Origin: the human T2T-CHM13v2.0 reference genome, Homo sapiens | Length of the DNA stretch: 64,000 bases | Assembly: GCF_009914755.1 (NCBI RefSeq) | Contig: NC_060932.1 | Reading direction: 5' to 3' (one strand) | Part shown: positions 56,440 through 64,000 of the stretch, piece after piece | Position numbering within the stretch: position 1 is the first letter of the stretch | Layout: every line of letters starts with the position of its first letter | Notes under the pieces: model-generated | Databases searched by the model: none | What the model was told of the DNA's origin: nothing | What the model saw: the letters and a program-made list of their open reading frames with translations, nothing else | Made by a program: the position numbers and the translations under genes

Positions 56440-59400
56440 ACTGTCCTGGGAGGAGCCTATGAGGAAAGTTACACAGGTGAAGAAAAGAACTTCCCACATT
56501 TTCCCCCTCCACCAGCTGTGGCTAGTGGGCTTATTACATGGTTATTTATTAATTCTGCCAATCTAGTTTGACGCACAGAAACATTATATAACTCCTTCAA
56601 CTTCAGGGTAGTTAATGAAGCAGTTAGAATTCAAACCCACCACTGACTGACTAAATCACTTTGTCTTTCTCTTCTTCCATGATACCGTCCCTTTTCTCTT
56701 TAATTCATAAGACAAGCAAAGGGGAAAAATCATTAATCACCCATTTTCTTAATTAGCAAGAAATGCAGAGGGAAAAGAAAGATCATTTCTCCACCCGCAG
56801 CGGGTGTCTACCTGGCTTTGCAGTGTCATTTGCTTCATGGTTGGTTGGTTGGTTGCATACCATCCAAGGTGGAAATGGGACATGCCCTTGAGGGTAAGTC
56901 AATGTAAAGGAAGAAAAGGAAAAAAACATGCTAAAGAGTTCAGAGCTGATCAGTTATCAATGTCCATTTCTTGATGCTTCAGAAAAAATCCTGATATATA
57001 TATTTCTAAGTGGCTAGTACATAAGAGAAAAGGAAATTAACTTATCTGATCCCTTAAAATTTTATAAGCATCAAATGACCTTGAGAAATGTCTGCAATTT
57101 GTAATTCTTAACTATGTAAGAAAAGGCATTGTACAGAGTTAATATCAGATTCTTTGTTTGTTTGTAGTTTAGAATTTGCATATGCCTACTTGATTTTGAG
57201 GACCCTTACATGATTTGATGGCATATTACACAGGGTAATCAAATTACATTGATCATAAAACAAAAATCCCAAGAAATCGTAGACACATAGACGTTTTTGG
57301 AAAATTAGAATAAGTCCGTTACACAGAACTCATGGTTAATTAGAGAATTTGTAAATACATGTTTATCTACAAAGGCAAACTTTTTACTTGAACTAAATTT
57401 CAAGCAGGGATAAATATTTTAATAGGTCCCTTACATAAAAGGTTTCTTAGCAAATTAATGAACAGTTTCCACTAGGAGTGAAGCTTAGAGCTTGGCAGAT
57501 TTCAAATTCTTTGTTCTTAATAGGTTCTAGAATGTTAGCCATGCATTGATTACCAAAGGATATTTGGGCTACATTTGGAAAGCAAAGTAATAAGCACATC
57601 TGATCAGGTCTCTCCTGAAGACCCTTTGAGAATAATCTCAACCCAAGCCATTTATTGGCTTTAATAATGAGAAAAGTGAGTTGGGAAATACCAGATGTTA
57701 ATGAAAATCTGTTCAAATCTCTGCCGTGAATGGGAGCTTCATCAGTTTAGTCAAGTCTAATTTAGACTAGAGGCAGATTATTTAATTATTATTCAGTATA
57801 CTTTCTCCAAAATGTGCCATAAAAAAATTCTGAACAATCTGTTCATTTTTTAAAATTAGACCTTTTTAGGGCAGACTTAAGGTAGCTGTTTTCAAGCCAT
57901 AATTTCTGGGACAGCATGCATTACATGAAAAAATTTACAAATCGTGGACTTTTTTTGTCCAAAGTAAATTGAATAGATAATAATAACCACAATGTTTTAA
58001 ACTCATATAGTACTAAATAGGTAAAAAGAAGTACTTTTTCATGTATTACCTCTTTCATGTATACCAAATTGAGATGTCTTATCTCAACTTAACTGTATAT
58101 TAATTTGCAATTAAATGTACTCTAAACCATGGCTCTTTGACATTTTGAAAAGTGCCAGTTTTATCAATTAAAGTTGAGACTTTGAGGTTACCAAATGGTT
58201 TGATTACTTATTCTTGTACTTGTGTATTCCACCATTATTTATTGGACACTGTACTAAGTGCTGGGGATACAAAAGTAAACAAGACAGAATTTTATGAGTC
58301 AATAAATGATGAAATGCAAAATTTATTATTTCATAATGATTGTAATTAAATGCTCTCAACAAAGAAGTATAGGCAGTTATATTTGTGATTAACAGGAATA
58401 TTTGACCCATTCTTGTACATTAGGAAAGACATACTCCAGGAAGTAATATTTTCCTGAGCTCTGAAAGATAGGTAGGAATTATGAAGTGGAAATACTACTT
58501 CAGGTAGATGAGAAAACAAGTATAAATTCATTTAGGTAGAATAAAGTGGTCAACGTTTCATGATACAAGAATTTAGCAAAAGCAGGTATGGCCGTACTAA
58601 AAAGTATGTGTGGAAGAGGTACAGTAGTGGACGGAGTTACAGAATAGCCAAGAAAAGATAAGTGGTGGTCAAATCATGCAAAATTCTACCATAGATTTTC
58701 ATCCATGTCCACATAACAACAGCAATAAATGCTTATTAAGCCTTAATACATGCCTGGTAGTGTTTTAAGTACTTGGCAAGCTTTAAACTTCACAACATGC
58801 CTTTGTATTAGATCTTTATATCATCCTCATTGTACAGCTCAACACACAGAAGAGAAGAGTTTAGGTCACTTGATTACACAGCTAAGAAATGAGCAACTTG
58901 GGTTCTGATGCAAGTGGTCTTGCTCCAGGACCTCCTACGCTGAGTGATGAAAAACCAATGAAGGCTTTGAGCAAGGAATGGACATACCCATCTCCCACTT
59001 CCCTACCCTTGCACTAAAGGTATGGGTTTCAGTCAATGAACATTTATTGATGTACAGAGTACCAGTGATGTACAGAGCGCTGTAGTAGATGCTGTGATAT
59101 CTTATGCACTCACATCCACACATTATTCTGTTAGTACAAACCCTTCAAGAAGCAACACAAATACCAAGATTAAGGAAGGACTTTGACAGGCATGAATAGG
59201 TGAGGAATATGCAAAAGAGGGTTATCATGATAATGATATGAATCAATATTTTCATAGTCTCTCAGTTTCCCAAGTTGCTGTAATTTCATTCAGTTCTCAC
59301 AATAACTTGCTCATGTAGACACGACAGGGATTGTTTCCACTTTATAAGTAAGGAAGCTGAAGTTTCGAAAGGGTAAAGCACCTCTGCCAAGCACACATAC

Positions 59401-59445
59401 CAGTGATGGAACCGGATTCAAATTTAACTTTCCTGACTCCACTTG
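56440..59445 (-). mobile_element. Scattered MIR (~56440-56670, 58720-58930, 59270-59445) and L2 (~58230-58700) fragments separated by unique sequence
   Basis: gaattcaaaccca...tgact, ggaagctgaagtttcgaaagggtaaag, cactgtactaagtgctggggatacaaaagtaaacaagaca. Confidence 0.55.
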
Positions 59446-60769
59446 AGGCCTGCTTTTATGCAATGTCTATATAAAAGGAAGAGCCTGTGGAAAACTAGAA
59501 AAGAGGGAAACATAAAGTACTGTGTGTGATAAATTTTGTAAAATATTTAGAATTTTCCCATAAACTAAGAAAATAAAAAGAGTAATAACAATGTCATAAT
59601 ATTTAATTTTCTCGTTAAAATATGCTCAAAATATCTTTCACAGAACCACCTTTATGGTTCCTAACTGCAATCCTACTCTTTCAAATGCACCTTATGTTTT
59701 ATTATATTTCCCTAAACACATGCAAGTCTTAGGAGATTATTAGAGATTATTAGGAAGGAGTGATTTCTTAAAAAATGAAAGCCAAGTAAATTAATTGAGT
59801 TTGGAAATGCAACTAGTTGGCACGGCTTGTTATAATTTTTTTCTCTGTAGAGAAGTAATTAATCATTGGAGAGCATGAAGAAAAGCTGTGTAGTTATCCA
59901 CATGCCTTCTTATACAATGACTCATTTTATAAAAGAAAAGTGGAATCAGTCTTGAATTGTGAATTGTGATCTTGGGCCAATATGCTGGTAAAACACAGCA
60001 TACATTAGGCCAATGCTGGTGCTATATTAGGCCAACGTTACTGTCTAGAAATAACTTCTTGTGTGTGTTGGGGGTGGGGGTGGGGGAGGGTGTGATTTAT
60101 TTCCTACCTGGGTTTTTGATGTATCAAGTACGCAAGGTGTCACCTCTGCCATGGACTTGACAAACCCCGATTTTGGTCACAGGCTCTCAGATTTGGGGAT
60201 CATGAACTTAGGAATAAAATCAATTAAAAGATATACATTTGCCCCTTTTGAATTATTGTTGATTTTGGCCTACCGCCTTTTCCTTCATTAGTCCTAGACA
60301 TGAAGCCAACGTGAGATTTATTTCTCACTTATGGCCTCTCTTTTCCAAATTGTCTTTCTGTTATTTATGGGCAGTAAAACTAAGGCCTGAACAAATGCTG
60401 AATTCCGCTTAAACCCTTACTCACCTCAAATAATGAATGATCAAGTTATCTGACAGCTTGTGAACACATTTCAAGTGAGATTATGACAACTTACCTACAA
60501 TAATGCCAACAATTTTGAAATTATTCTTCGGAGTCATTTTATTTTCCATGTATTTTAAATTAACTCATTGGTTCTCAAAACGTTCTATTCATAAGAGTTT
60601 GCAATATTTTCTTGGAGTATTGCCAAAAGTCTTTGTGCTAATCAGTAGTATATGAAGCCAAAAACAGCAAAAATAAAAAAAATTAACCATTAAATAAGCT
60701 TGTACAGCAATTTTGCTCAACATATCCATCTTAGAGGTTTGTAATCTACATCAGCATTTACTTTAATTT

Positions 60770-63720
60770 TATTTTTTAATTAACACAGAAAACACATTTT
60801 TGGTACAAGTCTATGAATTTTAACTAACGTATGGAGTCTTATAACCACCATCCCATCCCAGTCAAGACACACATTAATTCCTTGACACTCTAAAAACCAC
60901 GTTGATTTAATCAATTTACATTTCAACAACAATCTTCTAAAGTAGATGCTGTATCACCCGCATTTTACAACTGGAAAAACAGAGGTACCAAGAAGTTTAG
61001 GTCACTGTCCCGAGGCGAAACAGCTCAGAAGTGAACAAGATGGGATTTGACCCAAGAAGTTTTGCTCCAGGGCCTTCTCTCCTAGCCCCTATGCTTAAAA
61101 ACAAATGCTCCCTACACCTCCAAAGCCTGGAAACCTGGTATCTTCTCTATTACTACAATTTCATATTTTCCAGAACACCATATAAATGAAGTTGTATAGA
61201 ATCATATAGTATGTAACCTTCAGAAACTGGCTTTTTTTCACTCAGTATAAAGACTTTGAGATTCACCCATGCTGCTGTGTGCTTTAATAGTTTATTATTT
61301 TTATTGCTGATTCCATGGTATGGGCATACCATAATTTGTTTTTCTGTTTACCCACTGGGGGACATTTATATCATTTTCAGTTCAAAGATCATAGAGTAAA
61401 CTGGTATAAACATTAACAGATAGATTTTGTGTGCATGTAACTTTTCATTTTTCTAGGACAAATATGTAGGAATTGGATTTCTAGGTAATAGGGTAAGTGT
61501 GGGTTTAATGTTAGGTAAACCGCAAACTGTTTTCTAGAGTGGCTGTGTCACATTTCATTCCCACCACCAACATACGATAATTCCAGTTTCATCCCCTCTT
61601 TGCTAGCTCTTCATATTGCGAGTTGCATTTTTATTTCAAAGTTTATTTTTTATTTTAAATTTAAAATGGCTAAAATATAAACTACTCGCAATATGAAGAG
61701 CTGGTAGCTTGGTAAACTCACAAATCACTTACCAGACCTGATTATATCTAGAAGATTCTTTTTGCTTTTTTGGAATATTCTGATAGGTGAGTAGTGGAAT
61801 TTCATGATGATTTTAATTTTCATTTCCCAATTGTCTAGAGATGCTGAACATCTTTCTGTGTGCTTATTTGCCTTCTGTATATCCTCTTTGTTCATTTTAA
61901 AAATCATTGTTTTCTTGTGAACTTTAAGTATTCTTTATATAATCTGAACATAAATGCTTTGTCAGATAAACTGCAAATATTTTGTGCCAGACTAGTTTCT
62001 CTTATTTTATCTTTTATGGAGCAAAGTTTTTCGTTTCCATGAAGTCCAATTTATCAAGATTTTATGTAATGGATTTTGATTTTGTTGTCACATGTAAGTA
62101 TTCTGAGACCTGTTCTTAGGTTATAAAAATTTTCTCCTATTCTACTAGAATATTTATATTTTTTTACATTTAAATCTATAATCTTTTCTGAAATAATTAT
62201 TGTATAAAATGTGATGAATGTCAAGATTTATTTATTTATTTTGCTCAAAGCCATCAATTTGTTTGAGCACCATTTGTTGAAAAGATTACCTTTTCTCCAT
62301 TGAATTACTTTTGCACAGTTGTCAAAAATCAATTGACCATGTCTGTATGAGTCTATGCCTGAAATATCTATTGTAATTAATTTATCTAAGTGTCAATCCC
62401 TTTACCAATACCCAAGACTCTTAATTATTGGAGCTTTCAAAATTTTTCTGACTATTCTGCTTCCTTTCCCACATCAAGTTTATAACAAGCTTGTCCACAT
62501 CTATAAAAATTATTGTGGGAATTTTGATTGGAATTACCATAAATCTCTAGACCTAATTCAATAAAATTGACATTTTTTTCTAATTTGAGTCTTTGAATGC
62601 CTGAGCAGTCTCTCTCTCTACTTATTAGAAGTTTTCATTGATCTATTTTTCAGCAGTGTATTATAGTTCTTAATATAAGGATCCTGTACATGTTTTATTA
62701 TGTTTATACCTAAGTATGTTGCTTGGGAAGAGTTCCTGTAACTGACACTTTTTTAAAATATCAGTTTCCAGTTGTTTCTTGTTATACTATATAAGTAAAA
62801 TTTCTATCGTGTGATAATCTTGTATCTTGTGACCTTGGTAAACTCACAACTTACTTACTTGGTCCAATTATATCTAGGAGGGTTTTTTTTCTTTTTTAGT
62901 ATATTCCTTGGGATTTTCTACAGACAATAATATAATTTGTACATAAAGAAAGTTTTATTTCTTCCATTCCTGTCTGTAGAATTTTCATTTCTCTTGCCTT
63001 ATTGAACTCGCCAGTGTTTATAATAATATTGTGAAATGGAGTAGTGAGAATGGTGGACATCATTGTTTCATTCCTGATGTTAGGAGGAAAGAACTCATTG
63101 TTTCATAATTAAGAATAGTGCCAACTATAGGTATTCTTATAGATAACTTTTATCAGGCTGAGAAAATTCCTTCTAGTTCTAGTTTGCTCAGAGTTTTACA
63201 CATTTTATTAAAATGCCTTTTCCACATCAATTGATTTGATCTTTTTTTAGACAGTTAATGTGATGGAGTTCATTGACTGATTTTCAGTTGTTGAACCAGT
63301 ATTGCATATCCATAACAAACTGCACTTACTTCTGATACAGCCTTCTTTTTATGTTGCTGAATTTTATTTCAAAATATTTTGTTGAGTATTTTTACATCTA
63401 TTTTCATGAGATATATTGGCCTGAAGTTTTCTTGTATTGTCTTTATATGCTTTTATCAGAGAACTGCTAGCCTTATAAAATAAATTAGAATGTGCTCTTT
63501 TCTCTTCTATGTTCTGAAAGAAATTGAGTGGAATTGATGCTATTTCTCATTTAAATATCCAGTAGATTTCACTAGTGAAACTATCTAGCCAGATGCTTTA
63601 CTTTTGAGGATGTTTTCAAACTATGAATTCAATTTATTTAATAGTAATAGAACTATACAAGTTTTCTATTTAGTCTTAGGTAAGTTTTGAGAATTTACAG
63701 TTTCTGAGAAATTAGAGCTA
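60770..63720 (-). mobile_element. Old L1MC/MD-like 3' portion, with a MIR-like segment at ~60930-61095
   Basis: Reverse L1 3'UTR/ORF2 motifs (agaatcatatagtatgtaacc, gcaccatttgttgaaaagatt, catgagatatattggcctg). Confidence 0.85.
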
Positions 63721-63947
63721 TGCGTATGCAACTCGGGGTGAGCACAATAAACAACTTTACTGAGTCACTTTTTTGAGCTCCATAATGTCCCTGGTACATT
63801 TGTTCCCCTTTATAGCCTTGGGCCAAAAACTGGAGCTTTATTTCTCTTCTTCTGCTGTATACTTTCCTGAAATGCACTCATGTCTGCAGCCAAGGGGCAG
63901 AGGACAGAAAAGGAGAGAAAGAAGTAGAGTTTTATTCCCAACGTCCT

Positions 63948-64000
63948 TGTATTAGTCAGGTCCCACATTGCTATAAAGAAGTACCTGAGATTGGGTAATT
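63948..64000 (-). mobile_element. Start of an MST/THE1 LTR, cut by the window edge
   Basis: tgtattagtc...cattgctataaagaagtacctgagattgggtaatt. Confidence 0.8.

Overview
Primate (most likely human) genomic DNA: AT-rich and dense in Alu, L1, MaLR LTR, DNA-transposon, MIR and L2 repeats. Bases ~1-4900 carry no repeat I could recognise and contain a CpG island (~2640-3715). This island marks the 5' end of a minus-strand gene that runs off the left edge. Its best-supported first coding exon is 3522-3560 (MDRSTNLDIEELK, then AAG|GTACGT). Two or three other ATG-to-donor micro-exons, all phase 0, lie nearby and may be alternative N-termini. I could not identify the gene. The remaining ~59 kb looks like upstream, probably intergenic, sequence. 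It holds a complete THE1 provirus, a MADE1 MITE, an ancient MLT1 provirus inside an L1ME, a nested L1MC/L1MA block (~31-43.5 kb), a near full-length Tigger1 and about 15 Alus. No ORF beyond 5 kb is a credible host gene. I found no convincing new biological system. The most unusual unexplained signal is a recurring set of locally templated duplications and inversions inside old L1/L2 copies, including a 39-bp near-perfect hairpin at 42861-42947. Repeat subfamily names come from my recollection of consensus sequences and were not computed.
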